From Nageia nagi (lineage: Eukaryota > Plantae > Pinophyta), in contig JBITNC010000002.1 in NCBI GenBank assembly GCA_050084985.1, forward strand, positions 20,274,001 through 20,338,000: a stretch of DNA of 64,000 nt, in the 5' to 3' direction. Positions 36,401-48,600 of the stretch are shown one piece after another; positions within the stretch are counted from its first letter, which is position 1, and the number at the start of each line of letters is the position of its first letter. The notes beneath the pieces are model-generated. The model saw only the letters and a program-made list of their open reading frames with translations. It was not told the DNA's origin and ran no database searches. The translations under genes and the position numbers were made by a program.

Positions 36401-37986
36401 AAATGACTAAGTTTGACCTTCCTTTTATAGCCTTCTCGCATAGGACAGGTCTCGTCATGTGATTAGTGCAAGGAGTCAAATGCATGTGCTTCCACTTGTC
36501 AACAATCCAAGCCCAACACTTAACCAAATTTCATCTCATAAATCTGGTCGCACGGTTTTGGGTGGGTGCAAAAGCACACATTGGAAAACATGCGACTGGC
36601 CTTGAAAGCTCTAAAAATGGCTAAGTCTTAGTCTTCTCCTTCTTGTTCGCATGGTTTGAGTTTGGGTGCAAAAGCACACACCTGAAAACATGCGACTAAG
36701 CCTTTTCCCAAAAAAAATGCTAAGTATGAGAGTTCCCAGTCTTGTTCGCATGGTTTTAGGTGGGTGCAAAAGCACACACTTGAAAAAACGCGACTAGCTG
36801 AAAAACTTGTTTTATCTTGAAACTTGACCAAGATGACCTTAAATACGAAATGCAATGAAAGAGAAATGGACTTTTGCAGTATAACGGACCTCGAAAGTGC
36901 AACTTTAAGGCTAAAAGATGTAGGTATGAGTGTGAAAATGCAGCATGAGATTGGTCGCACCATTTAGGGTACGTGCAAAAGCATGTCCCTTAAAACATGC
37001 GACTAAGGAAAAATGCAAATTTTTAACTTGATTTGATCATGAATGTACAAGCTTAGCATGTTTCCCGAAACTAGACCAAGATGCATACATTCCTTTTAGA
37101 CAGATGTCTTACTTCCATACATTGTTTGTTTTTATTTTCAAGGGTACTCAAAATGCAAAATTTTGGGGGTTGTTGTGCAGGCACAACAGAAGCTTTTGCT
37201 TCCTTTCTTGCCTGTTGTTTTTTTTTCTTTCTTTCATTGGCTTTTGTCTTTCTTTTGTTGGCTACTATTTTTCTTCTCTTGGTCGTTGTCTTCCTTTTTT
37301 TATATGAATATCAAATGTTGTGTTTTTGAGATTGATATAGTTTTTTTCCATTTAGGTAAGTGATTTTAGAGTTTGGGGGGTTGATGGCTTTGATGAGTCC
37401 TACCCCTACTTCATTGAACACTTTTTTTTAAATTCAAGATTGATTCGTTTTTTTTTCTTTGGCTAGACGCCTCACAGCTATGGGGATGGCTGAACATCCC
37501 CAAGGACAGTCGAGGGACGGCTAGGCATCCCTTGCGTATTCCCAAGGCTATACCCAAGAAATCTCCTTTTAGGGGAACATATCGAGGATGACCCTAGTTG
37601 AGCTAGGGCATCCTTGGGACGGACCCCATGTTTCCTAGAAAGTGGGATGAGGGGAAACATCCTCTTTAGCATACCCTCATCCAGGAATGGCAAGAGGACA
37701 AGGAGGGGGGAACACATCCCCATGTAATTCTAAAACAATGTGAAAAGCAAGTATAGGACATAAGAGACACATTTGCATGTACTAAGAAAAACAAATGGCC
37801 TAAAAATGCTGATAGGGTATCATAGACTCCAAATAGACATGTACTGTTGGGAATAGATGGCTGAAAACAGAGAGAGGGTATCATGGACTATGGATAGGCT
37901 GAAAAAGACAATAACATTAGACAAGGTACACATGGAGGTTCAAAAACCCTAAATGAATATTGGCACGATGAAGTGTGAATCAAACA
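30423..37986 (-). mobile_element. Giant LTR-like unit (7564 bp) carrying a ~3.5 kb decayed ORF
   Basis: TGTTTG...CAAACA inverted termini. The minus-strand 3' end has GCTTGGGGTAACCAGTCCT...GTAACGCT, shared with the LTR end at ~61160 and partly with ~14920. GGGTGCAAAAGCA repeats at ~35590-37010. TATAAAA at 35477-83. No TSD (GAAGA vs CCCAA). Confidence 0.65.
31860..35342 (-). pseudogene. Long decayed retrotransposon accessory ORF (~1150 codons): globular N-terminal region, acidic disordered centre, coiled-coil C-terminus
   Basis: ATG at 35342, ~135 bp after the TATA box. Co-oriented pieces 34904-35116, 34189-34467, 33922-34185, 33066-33782, 32485-32709 and 32191-32484, broken by single stops or frameshifts. 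Motifs FYMNSYLVYL, P.LLPRY...RL...E and YDPRG. No gag/pol motifs. Confidence 0.7.
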
Positions 37987-38775
37987 CCCAATGTGGAAGT
38001 GGAATTATCAGAAAATGTGTAATTAGCCCTATTTTCTATCATTTATTCGTTGCAAAAAATACAAGGGTATTCTAAAGATTTAACAATACTTGATAGTAGT
38101 ATATGTTTTGCGTATCAAGTTGCATATTCCTAAATTTTAGACACAAATATGACTAGTTTAAATCAAAAAAATTAATAAGGACCAAAATTTGATCAAAATT
38201 TCAAAATCTGAAGTAGAATAATAGGTAAATTCAAGTTTAGAAATTTAATTGACATAAATGAGGCAAGAAATTCAAACCAAAATTCAAGAATCGACAGAAA
38301 GAGGGAGAGAATAACAGGGGGATAATATTTTATTAAAGATTGAAAGAACTTTATACAAAGATCAAGTGTTTTCATCAACAATTTATAAACTTTAATATGA
38401 ACTACAAAAAAAACTGTAGTCTAATATTGGCCTCACTTGAAGAAGTAATATATTATGTCTGATCAAGTGGTTTTCTCATTACATCTACAGTTTGCTCATA
38501 TGTCATACAAGATCAAGAGAAATGTCTTCATCAGCAACAAGTAGTCCGATATAGAGGCAATGAATCTCAATATGTTTTGTTCTAGAATGGTAGATGAAAT
38601 TATTCACCAACTTAAATACTCTATAATTGTCAAATTGTAGTTGAGTAGGTTGGAACTACCCAATTTGACCAACAGCTACCTCAATCATTCTATTTCACAG
38701 GCTGCATCAACTGTTGTCTTATACACTACCTGTGCAAGACAAAGCAATTGTAGATTGCTCTTTGCAACATGACAA

Positions 38776-40933
38776 TGTTAACACTGAGAGATTGTCATTC
38801 TTATCAACACAATGAGATAGCATGTCGGGTGATGAGGTTGAGTTCAACATAGTGAGATAGCATGTCGGGTGATGAGGTTGAGTTCAACACAGTGAGATAG
38901 CATGTCAGGTGATGAGATTGAGGTCTACCGGGTGATTGAACACATGTCAGGTATGAACATACATGTTGCTGTCGGGTGTTTATCAGGGTTGTCGACTGCT
39001 ATCGAGTGTTTATCAGGGTTTCCGGTTGATAATAATGGTTTTCGGTATGTTGGATATGTGTATACTTAGAAAAATGCTGAAAACAGTGTTTTCCCAGGTG
39101 ATGACGTTAACAGAGCAATAGCACTCCAAAATGAACCAAGTTCGGTCACTAAGACAGCAGGTCACAGCTATGAGGGAGGCTAAGTACCGATAAAGTAGAA
39201 AGAACAAAGAGTCATTAGTCGATGACGTTAGCAACACGAAGAGCTCTCCAAATGAACAGATTTCGGCACTTAAGAAGCGGAGACAACAAGGTAGTGAAGT
39301 TAAGTACCTACAAGTCAAAGACATAGAAGAGGAAACCAACACATGATGTCAACAATCCGAAGGTCACTCAAAATAAACTAAATCCAACACCTTAGAAGAC
39401 AACCTTGAACAGCGATGGACTTAAGGACCGGTAAAGGAAGACAAAGGCTCAGGTCATCGGTGAATGACGTAAGCGATGCGAAGACGGCCCAAAATTCACT
39501 AATTTGGGTGGTGCGGATGAGAAGAGTGCAATGTGGCAAATTTAAGTATCGGTGAAGGAGAATTGAACAAAACACTACCGGCAGGTGATGTCATCAAAAT
39601 GAAGACACGCAAATTTGCACTAAGTACGGCGACGCGAAAGCGAAGGACACAAAGTAGGAAGAGTTGAACACCGACAAGTGAGACAAGGCAAAGAGATGCC
39701 AATGGATGACATCTATAAGGATTTGGCTACCTAGTTTACACTAAATCCAACACCTAAGGTGAGATTGTGTTGAGATGACGAACTTAAGTACTAACCATAG
39801 AGAAGAAAGCGAAGGCTTGTGGAGAGTGACGTCAATAAGCAACGGATTGATCAAATTACTGTAAGTCCGAAACTTTACTTGAAAAGACATGTTGGAGACC
39901 AAGCCAAGGACCAACAAGGAGGATAAGGCATGCGAATGTACCGGTAAGGGAGTTCAAGTACCGAATTAAAGCTTAGATGCCAGATTTGGTGTCGGCAAGC
40001 ATTCTAGGGACTCGAATAGTAGCATAAACCAAATTTTGATTGTCGACATGCAAGGAACAGTGTCGAAAAGAATAAAGGAGATCTAGATTTCATGGAGAAA
40101 TTATCGACATTCTATGTAGTGCACCGGATACACGTGACAGTTGTTATTGACAGTTATCAGTATTCGATTCTATCAAAGAAGTGGACACGTATGTTCAAGA
40201 GTTGTTGTGTAACTGAAAAAACCGTTACTGTCCTATTGAATTGATGTTGACATCTGGAGTTATCTGTTACATGCATCTCTAACTATCGGAGATGCGTTTG
40301 GAAGGTTTATTGTGCATAAAATTGTAAAGGAACAAATGGAGATGTTGTTGTTGTAAGGAGTGAGAGTAAGGCAAACAGAGCACGAATGAGCTGCAATGAG
40401 AAAACAAAGCTAAGCAGATGACTATAGTGTATTGAAGTATGCGTAATTGAGTATAATGTCGAAGGAGACAGTGATAGATTGGCAAAGACGGCAGGGCAAT
40501 GGCTATTAAGACTAATAGCAAGACTCAAACAAAGATAGCCAAGAGAGTGAAGGTTGAAGAGCTAGACCATTTAGGGTCTTCGAGTAAGGGTTTGACAATT
40601 CATTGTCAAAATTTGTTGAACTGTTTGTTCATCAAGTTGGTGCTTGGCAAGAGGGATTGGTTTTCCTTCCGGTTGGTGCCAGTAAATTGTTTGTAAGTTT
40701 GGTGCTTTGCAATGGCTAGATTTGGACCATGATCCAAGCAGTCTTATCCAAAGATGTAGTTACATTGGTGAACCTCGTTATATATTGTGTTGTGTGATGT
40801 ATTCTTGTGTTGCTTGCTCTATTTGGTTTTAGGTTTGCACTATTTTTAATTGGTAAAGTAAAAGAATTAAGTTTTAATTTATCACACTGATTCACCCGCC
40901 CCCCCTCCTCTCAGTGTCACTTGGAGTTCAATA
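38776..40933 (+). mobile_element. Solo LTR (2158 bp), copia SIRE/Sirevirus-like
   Basis: Perfect TSD GACAA (38771-75 / 40934-38). Termini TGTTA.../...CAATA. C-rich signature ACTGATTCACCCGCCCCCCCTCCTCTCAGT just inside the 3' end. Internal 3 x 40 bp repeat (38813-38925) and ~120 bp repeats (39130-39800). Confidence 0.8.
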
Positions 40934-41036
40934 GACAAAATGTATTCTAATTTGAGAGCAAAGCTATACCCTATTTTCAACTTATGATTGCAACATATCC
41001 AATCCTATCTGAATACATATGCATGTACATATGGAG

Positions 41037-42026
41037 TGTAATGTCCCCAATTTGGGACATCTAGCCTCCACTCCTTCTATTTATTCACTTTGACTTTTCG
41101 TACTTAGTTTAGGATTCTTTTATTTGTCAAATTATGTATTTTGATATTTATATTTGTGCCTCAAAGGGCAGCACTCAATAAGAGCCAATTATGTATTCAT
41201 TTGGGCTGGTAAAGAGGGCCACTTCAATGATTTTTCACCCCTGCATCTAGTCGGCCAAGATGAGGAGACTTGGGAGCCACTTTATATTTAATTATTGCTC
41301 CCTCCTAGTCGGATGCCTTTGGGAGACCTTATTTGCAAGTTTGGACATCTATATGAGTAAGGATTGTGATCACAAGAAGACATCATTAGTTTGCATTCGA
41401 TCTTGGATCATCTCGGAGTTGGGACTGCTCCCCTCTCTTCCTTCTAAGGACTAGGGCTGCTACCTAGCCTAGAAGTGGCCTATAAACACTTACACTCACT
41501 TGGAGAGCTTGCGCCAACCTTGGAAAGCCTTCTAGCCCTTACGCTAGGATCTTGGAGCCATCTTGAGACTTGCACCAACCTTGGGAGCCATATTGGGTCT
41601 TGCGCCAGCCTTTGGGAATCTTGATTGAGCATTTTGAAGTCTTGGGCTTTGCCCTAGAACTTGATACATCCCTATACTTATTCTTGGTTATTATTCATAA
41701 TATTCAACTCTCATATTGCGCTTCGAAATGTGAATGAATGTTCCTTTATTACTGTTGCATTGTTACCATTCGTTGTGCATGGGAATGTATGCAGATTAGG
41801 GTATTTTGGAGACATATTTTTGTTATGTTACAGATCTGCAATTGTGTCCTAGTTTTATCATTTTCACATGTTAAATGAGCATTATCTCATATCTGGTTAC
41901 TGTTGTTATTATTCAGTTTTGAGCGCATATATGATGGTTAATGAGCATTTACTATTGTGCCCTAATTTGTGAATGAATGCGGAATTGTGTCAAGAAGTTG
42001 TGCATGTTTTAGAAAGGTACATTACA
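41037..42026 (+). mobile_element. Solo LTR (990 bp)
   Basis: Perfect 8-bp inverted termini TGTAATGT...ACATTACA. Perfect TSD TGGAG. CCTATAAA at ~41479. Confidence 0.92.
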
Positions 42027-43315
42027 TGGAGTCACTCAAGAATTAGAAAAAAGAGGATCAATTCATGTGTTCCTTTGACATATGAGAATAATCGTTTTGC
42101 CACTTGCAAACAATCTATTTTGGTTGCAATGTGAACTGAGAAAGAAGTTGATTGCAGCATTAACTCGGTTGAATGGATAAAAGACAGATCAAGCTGTCCA
42201 CTAATTATTGATACACTAATTCCAATATCAGTGGAGAATCAATGTGAGTTGATAATTTAGCCCAACCTCCGTAAGTGTAGATGCAATATTACAATCCTCC
42301 CAGTGGAATCTCTTCAGCAAAGTTATGGCATACTGAGCCTGTGACAAAATCTAAAAATTGTGAGCCTACCAAAACTTTTAAACTAAGCAATAATGTATGA
42401 GGCCTAGACCTATCACATCAAAATGCCTAGAGAAAGAAGATTTCATAAGTTGAATTGCATTGGTTTTGCAACCTGTGATGACAAGGTTACTTACATATAC
42501 AGGTAGGTTTATAATTCCCAAATCTGTAATAGGACATTAAGATCTTTCACTAATCATCTTTAATCACTATGCAACCCGCCACTCAAGTTTTGCTTATAAG
42601 CTTATCACAATTGAACCTCTTCTATATTGGCTGAACCCAATCAGTGTAGTCGTACAAGTCTTTCCTCAATCCTCTAACAGAAAGTAATCTTTTAAGTAAA
42701 TTACATTTAAACAAACAATTTACATGTGGCGACTAGTCTTTAATCATGTTTCCATATGAATGATGTTCTTAGGTGCAGATGTTATAGAACTAAGATAATA
42801 TCAACAATTAAGAAATCAGTGAAACTTTCCTCAAGTTGAATATGGATGGTTTTGTATTTCTAGGTTCATCAAGGATGAAAAGCTGTGATCCTGTAGCACA
42901 CACAAGGAATAGGTTTACAATGTGCAATCATATCACACATTGCAGGACTTGTAAGTAGGTAATCTCATACTGTGGATTAAAAGTCAAAGAGATCCCTCAC
43001 AATTTGTATACACCTTTGACACAACCTGAAAAGCTATGAGCCTAGTTCTACACACCATATAGAATAGAGAACCAGGTTGAGACATCAGTAAACATATTCA
43101 TGAATCATATCGACAAAAAAATCAAGAAATCTTCAGATTTACCATTCCAAACGTCAATGATATTAGACATCATAACAACAAGAATATGAATTTGGCTATT
43201 TCAAAGGTAAAAAGATTGAGGAGCTTCTTAACATAATTCCAGTGTGAGAAAAAACTTGAATGCAACAGAAAAATAAAGGTATACAGCATAGTACAAAAGC
43301 ATACAAATCACATAC

Positions 43316-43425
43316 CTTTTCGACATCCCTAAAAACAGGAAGCTGACCACTAACCATTGCAGACAATAACGAACTTGGATCTCGCAAAGTTAATGTATCA
43401 GATTTAGTTGTAAATTTCATGCCAC
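43316..43425 (-). CDS. FIP2: FIP2-like BTB/POZ-pentapeptide repeat protein, first visible exon (probably coding exon 2): (G)GMKFTTKSDTLTLRDPSSLLSAMVSGQLPVFRDVEK
   Basis: Matches the N-terminal part of a KCTD-type BTB domain (GGxxFxTxxxTL..P.S.L.AM.SG). Acceptor TGTAG| at 43426-43430, donor |GTATGT at 43315. 110 bp, phase 1 start, phase 0 end. Confidence 0.9.
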
Positions 43426-44173
43426 CTACACAGTCAATTAAAAATAAGCATTTCCTTGCTCATAATATTCTTTTCCTTCTCACATGGACAACATATTGCG
43501 AAATGAATTGGTTCACACATAAACAATGCTACATGTTAATGTAAAGTAATTGATGAATTGCTGGTAAGAAAACAACAAAATGAAAATCACCAAAAAAATA
43601 CAAATTATAGAATTACTTTACCTAGCATTTACTGACGTAAAATTGTAAATATCAAAAAAATTTAAATCAAACGCAAGTAATGAGAGGTCCCTGCTTAATG
43701 AGAACCAAAACAAAACATAAAGTTATAAAGCAACCAAATAATATATGAAGATGAACATTGAAAGAGAGGCAGCTAGAGTGACTGGATAGCTCATAATTGA
43801 TTGTCAAGAAAGCTATTAAATATATTTTGCTTCAGACCCAGTTGACCATAAGAAACTTAATTGAATAGACCCAACAATATGTGTTAATTGACTTGAGCAT
43901 CAATTAGAGATGAATTTTATGTTATTTCAAAGGTTGTTGTAAATTGAAAAGATGATCTCTTCAACCAACATTTCTTCGATGTTGTGGTCAAATTAGTAAG
44001 TACCATATTTTATAACTTCATAATATATTCCAATCTTACATATTATAATATGTATTACTAACTATAATAATTTATATATTACAATCTTACATATTATAAT
44101 ATATACTATAATTTATATGATAATATAAATATGAATTTTATGTTATTTATTAAGATGTAGGTTGGAGATTTCA

Positions 44174-44951
44174 TGTAATGTCCCAATAATGAAATTATAG
44201 AAATACAAGTATAGAAAAAATACAGAACTGAAATATTACTCCAAAGACACCTAGAAATGAGTAATAATCAGCCAAGAGAATATATTAAAATATTGCAAGA
44301 CAATACATGCACTGGAATAACCAAGGGCATCCACAAAATAACATCAAAATGCAGATATAACACCTCCAAAATGCCACGAATCTCCTTGGGACTATTTTTG
44401 TGTTTTTAGGGCAATCACACCTTCACTGAAATTGCCAAAGATCCCAACCATGCACCTTTAATGCACTTTGGGGTGAGCAAGACCTTCAATCTTCACTCAA
44501 GGAAACTCAAGGGTTTCAGATTTCAATTTCAATAATATCAATAACATACCCAAAATGGAGCGTTGCATCTCCTTATATGGACTCCAACCCTAATCTTGCA
44601 TTAACCCCTCTAAGCTAATCTAAGCCATTGATTGGTTTTATTACAAATAAAAGTACTTAAAATAACATAAAAGCTTATTATAATCCAACATTGCACTCTT
44701 AAGTAGAAATCCACTAAGTTAAGTGGATTTTCGTGTGTGGGCGTGATATGGAAAACTGGTCCCACTGGCAAACTTCAAGTAGCCATAACTCCTTCATTTC
44801 TTGTCCAAAAGGGGTCATGTGACCACTTAAAACAAATGCCACAAGATGCTCTATCCAATTCTGAAGGTGCAACGGCCATATCTGACTTGTAGAAGAAGAG
44901 ATTTGTGGAAAATCCCAAATACAAGATATTCTCAAAAATAGGGTCATTACA
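44174..44951. mobile_element. Solo LTR (778 bp)
   Basis: TGTAATG...CATTACA termini and perfect TSD TTTCA (44169-73 / 44952-56). Confidence 0.92.
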
Positions 44952-45027
44952 TTTCACAACTATCTAAGCTATACAGCTTTGGATATCATATATTTGCATC
45001 TATCGTGTGCAATTAATGGCTTCCATT

Positions 45028-45173
45028 TGTTGGAAAACAGTTAATCCTCCATGGAGGAAAAATACTTGACCAAAAAGATCAGTAGCTTAATTGTAGAGCA
45101 TCTATGCTCATGATTAGTAGGTCCTTGGGTCAAGTATTAGTTCATCCATGGAATGTAACATGGTTTTAGAGTC
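45028..45173 (+). mobile_element. Miniature LTR (133 bp) with tRNA-like A/B boxes followed by a degenerate Met PBS (TRIM-like remnant)
   Basis: TGTTGG start, AACA end at 45160, then TGGTTTTAGAGTC. Internal TAGCTTAATTGTAGAGC and GGGTCAAGTA. Confidence 0.45.
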
Positions 45174-45371
45174 AAGCTGGGTGCATTCAAGGCAGTATGG
45201 TGCTTGATGATATAGACTTCACTTACAAAACAAAATAGGAAGATGAAATCAAAGGACAATAGCAAACGAGAAAACAATTTGCTGCCATAAATAAATCATT
45301 ATGCACAATATCTTTCATTATATTTATTGACAATACTAATTGAACCTAATAATTGATTGAAAATCTGTCCA

Positions 45372-45571
45372 AATGGGTACAAATTAATACTGATGAACCA
45401 TCAAAAGGCAATCACAATATGAAAACAATAGAAGCTATATCTTGGGATGACAACCTTGACTGATCTAAATAAGTAAATTAAGCCTTCATCTGAATGGGTA
45501 AAACAATATTGATGGAGCCTCAAAAGGCAACCACAATATGGAAACAATGGGATCTATAGCTTGGGATGACA
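45372..45571. repeat. Diverged tandem duplication, ~120 bp period
   Basis: AATGGGTA...TCAAAAGGCAA.CACAATATG.AAACAAT....CTTGGGATGACA occurs twice. Confidence 0.75.
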
Positions 45572-45619
45572 CTTGAGATTGTCTCTTTGCTTTTGGTCTC
45601 ACCTTGAACATCTAGCTAT

Positions 45620-48600
45620 TGTTGTGACCACACAACACACCCCAAGATGCAGTTTTTGGGGAACCAATTTTTGCAAAACAGCAATGAACAACATTGCCTA
45701 GGCATGATCAACTTATGGCCAGTATGGAGACCCAAAACGGCCAGATGATCATAGTAGCAGACTAGCATGCCTCGGAGTCATGAAGAGAGTTCAGCTTAGC
45801 CAGTGGCCAAGTCAGGGCCTGATTTCAAGCGGCATCTCACAGGATGGAGTTGTGGATCACAAAAGCAACCAGACAGTGGAGTTTTGAGCAAATGGCCACC
45901 AAGGCAGAAAAGGCATCGTTTTGGAAAGTTTGAACAACAAAGGCGCCAAGACGACCAAAGGTGCGTTTTTGATCAAGTTTGAGCTCGGGAGCAATGGATA
46001 CAGTTAAGATGACAAAAATGCATGTTTTTGTACAAATTGAGCCCGAAGAGGGCATCTACAGCCAAAAAGCGCATTTTGTCAATTTTTAGCTCGAAGAACA
46101 AGAAAATGGTCATTAGCACGGAAAAGCAAGGTTTAGTCAATTTTGAGCCCGGAAGTGGTCAGTATGGTGAAAATATGCATTTTTGCACAGTTTGGGTCCG
46201 AAAAGCTTGGAAATGACCAAAAATGCAAGTTTGAGCTCAAAGTGCTTGGGAATGCTCGGAAATGAGCATTTTTGCATATCTTGAGTTCGGAAAGGTCGGA
46301 AATGATCATTTTTCACTGTTCGAGCTCAAAAATGCCGAAAATGGTCGAAAATGCACCATTTGGGCCCGTAAAAGACAAGAAAGGTCGGGAATATGCAGTA
46401 TATCTTGGAATCAATGAGAAAAGCAAGTTTGAGGGCCCCTAAGGGCTAAAATCAAAAAATGAGCATTTTGGCATCCAAAAAGCTTCGGGTTGACCCCAAA
46501 AAAGTGAGTTTTTTTCAAAATGCTCGAAATGAAAATCTGAGAGAGAGGTGTAGTGCCAAATGACAAATCAAGGCCCCTTTGCTCTTGGAAATGTCAAAAA
46601 AACTCGAGAGTGGACCCCTGTAAAGTTAGGGGGAAGTTTTACAAGTTTTTCCTCAATCTAATTTCGAAAAATGGCCTATTCTCTTCAAAACCTGCGCCTA
46701 CCTTTTGGGAGGCCCAGATTGATCCGAAATGGCAATTTTTGATCTCAAGAGTGTAGGGATCGCGATTCTACATCAAATTGGTCTTTCAAGTTCACGATTT
46801 CGATGATTTTTGCTCCACCGAAAGTGAGAAACATGGAAAATGAGAAAAAGGACAGCCAATGGGAATGCTCCAGATTTTCTAAAATTCCTAAAGTGTCAAA
46901 ATGAAAATCTAAGAGTGAGGTAGGGTGGCAAATAAAAAATTAAGCACCTTTCCTCTTGAAATTTTTGAAATTTAACAATATTTGCCCCTCCTAAAGCTAG
47001 GCACTGGTTTTACCTTGTTTCTCTCAAATTCTCAAATTTGGAAAATGGCCTAAACATCCTAAAACCTACGCCTTCCCTTCTTGTATCCCAAATTTGAAAA
47101 CAATTGAAAATTTTGACCTTGAGGGGGTGTAGGATGGGATTCCACACAAGATTGGTGATTTGAGTTTTCCAAAAAAATGAGATCTACTTCTTCAAATCAT
47201 CAAAATTCGATTGGCCAATGAGAGAGATCCAAATTTTTCCAAATTTGGTCAAATCAAAAAAGGAGAGTTAGGTAGGATGCAAAATTCAAAGGAGAACAAC
47301 ATTGCCTCTTGCAATGTTGCAAAAAAATCAATTTTACCCACTCTAAAAGCTAGGCAGCAGTTTTGGCTTATTTCCCTCAATTTCCAAATCTTCCAAAACA
47401 TGCCAAGACCCTTGAAACCTGCACCTAGCATTCAAGGGCCCAATTTTGCTCAAAAATCGAAATGTTTGATCCTAGGAGCATGGGAAATCCAATTTTGTAT
47501 CTCATTCATGTTTTAAGTTTTTGAAAAAAAGTGGATCTACTCCCTCAAAATGACAAAATTTGGATCAGCCAACGGGAGAGCTTGAAAATTTTCCAAATTT
47601 TTCAAAATTCTTAAAATCAAAATTGGAAAGAAAGGTAGGGTGTAAAATCCAAATGTAAGCATCCTTGCCTATTGCAAATTTGCTCAAAAACCAATTTTTG
47701 AACCCCTTAAAGGTAGGCACTGGTTTTTCAAGCTTTCCCCCATTTTCCTATTTTTGAAAACTTGCCTAAACATCCTAAAACCTGCACCTAGCCTCCTTGG
47801 TCCCTAAAAGTGCCCAAAATTGAAATTTTATGCTTCTATGAGGTAGGTGGTGTGATTCTACACCATTTTGACCTATCATTTGTGCAATTTGGCCCACACA
47901 AACTCTCAAAACCATATTTTTGCCTCCAAGAAGTATAAAAGGGCAAAAAACTCAAAAAATTGGACATGTTTCTTCAAAAAACTCAAAATTCAAAGTCCAA
48001 TTCTGAAGTATGGGGTAGAAGAGCATCCTAAACCTGTCATATTTGCCTCTTGACCCCCAAACATTGGTTCAAAATCCCTCCTTCTAGAGTTAGGCGCAGG
48101 TCGAGCCCTTTTTCCACCTTTTGGACCACTTTCCCAACGTTGGGCATGAAGAGAAAAAGCCAAAAATGCAAAATTTCGCCCTAGGGTTGATGTGGTGTTG
48201 ACATGTGGCACTATTTCACTCCCTAAATGTATAAATACAGCCATACCCCCTCCATTTCACTCACTAGTCCCATTTTGCATCCTTATGCTGCCAAAAATTT
48301 TGAGAATTGGAGAGTTGAAGTGAAGAAGACAGCCCATTTTCACCCTTGGAGCATGATTTGAACACTAAGCATCATTTCCATCCTTCCAAACTCCATTGAA
48401 ATTCATACCAAAACCCCATTTTCCCAAGCCTCAAACACTTGAAAATTTATTTTTTCAGATTTCAAGTTTGATCACTTTTTTGGATACCCTTTATCCTTGT
48501 GATTAACTTCTATTTTCAGTAAAAAAACAAAAAAAATACATATGATCCAAGATCTGAGTGCCCAAAATCCCATTTCTTCACAAAAATCCAAAAACTCCAA

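Larger units (their letters stand above)
38430..42560 (-). mobile_element. Old Ty1/copia RT-RNase H remnant interrupted by two solo LTRs
   Basis: Minus strand reads PTQLQFDN...YHSRTKHIEIH (~38560-38650, copia RNase H) and LGLIHYCL...LSQAQYA (~42325-42410, copia RT). Confidence 0.7.

Noticed and set aside
37081-37363. Hydrophobic 'membrane protein' ORFs in three frames
   Set aside because: They are an artefact of T-rich low-complexity sequence within an LTR-like unit.
38813-38925. 40-bp direct repeats, superficially CRISPR-like
   Set aside because: The repeats are head-to-tail with no unique spacers, lie inside a solo LTR, and there are no cas genes in this eukaryotic context.
43961-43975. 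AAT GTT G|GT (N-V-G) as the missing first FIP2 exon
   Set aside because: There is an in-frame TGA a few codons upstream, no ATG, and a weak donor (GTTGAA).
45085-45140. Functional tRNA gene
   Set aside because: The acceptor stem and T-arm do not pair and the B box is degenerate, so it is treated as a TE-borne tRNA-like promoter.
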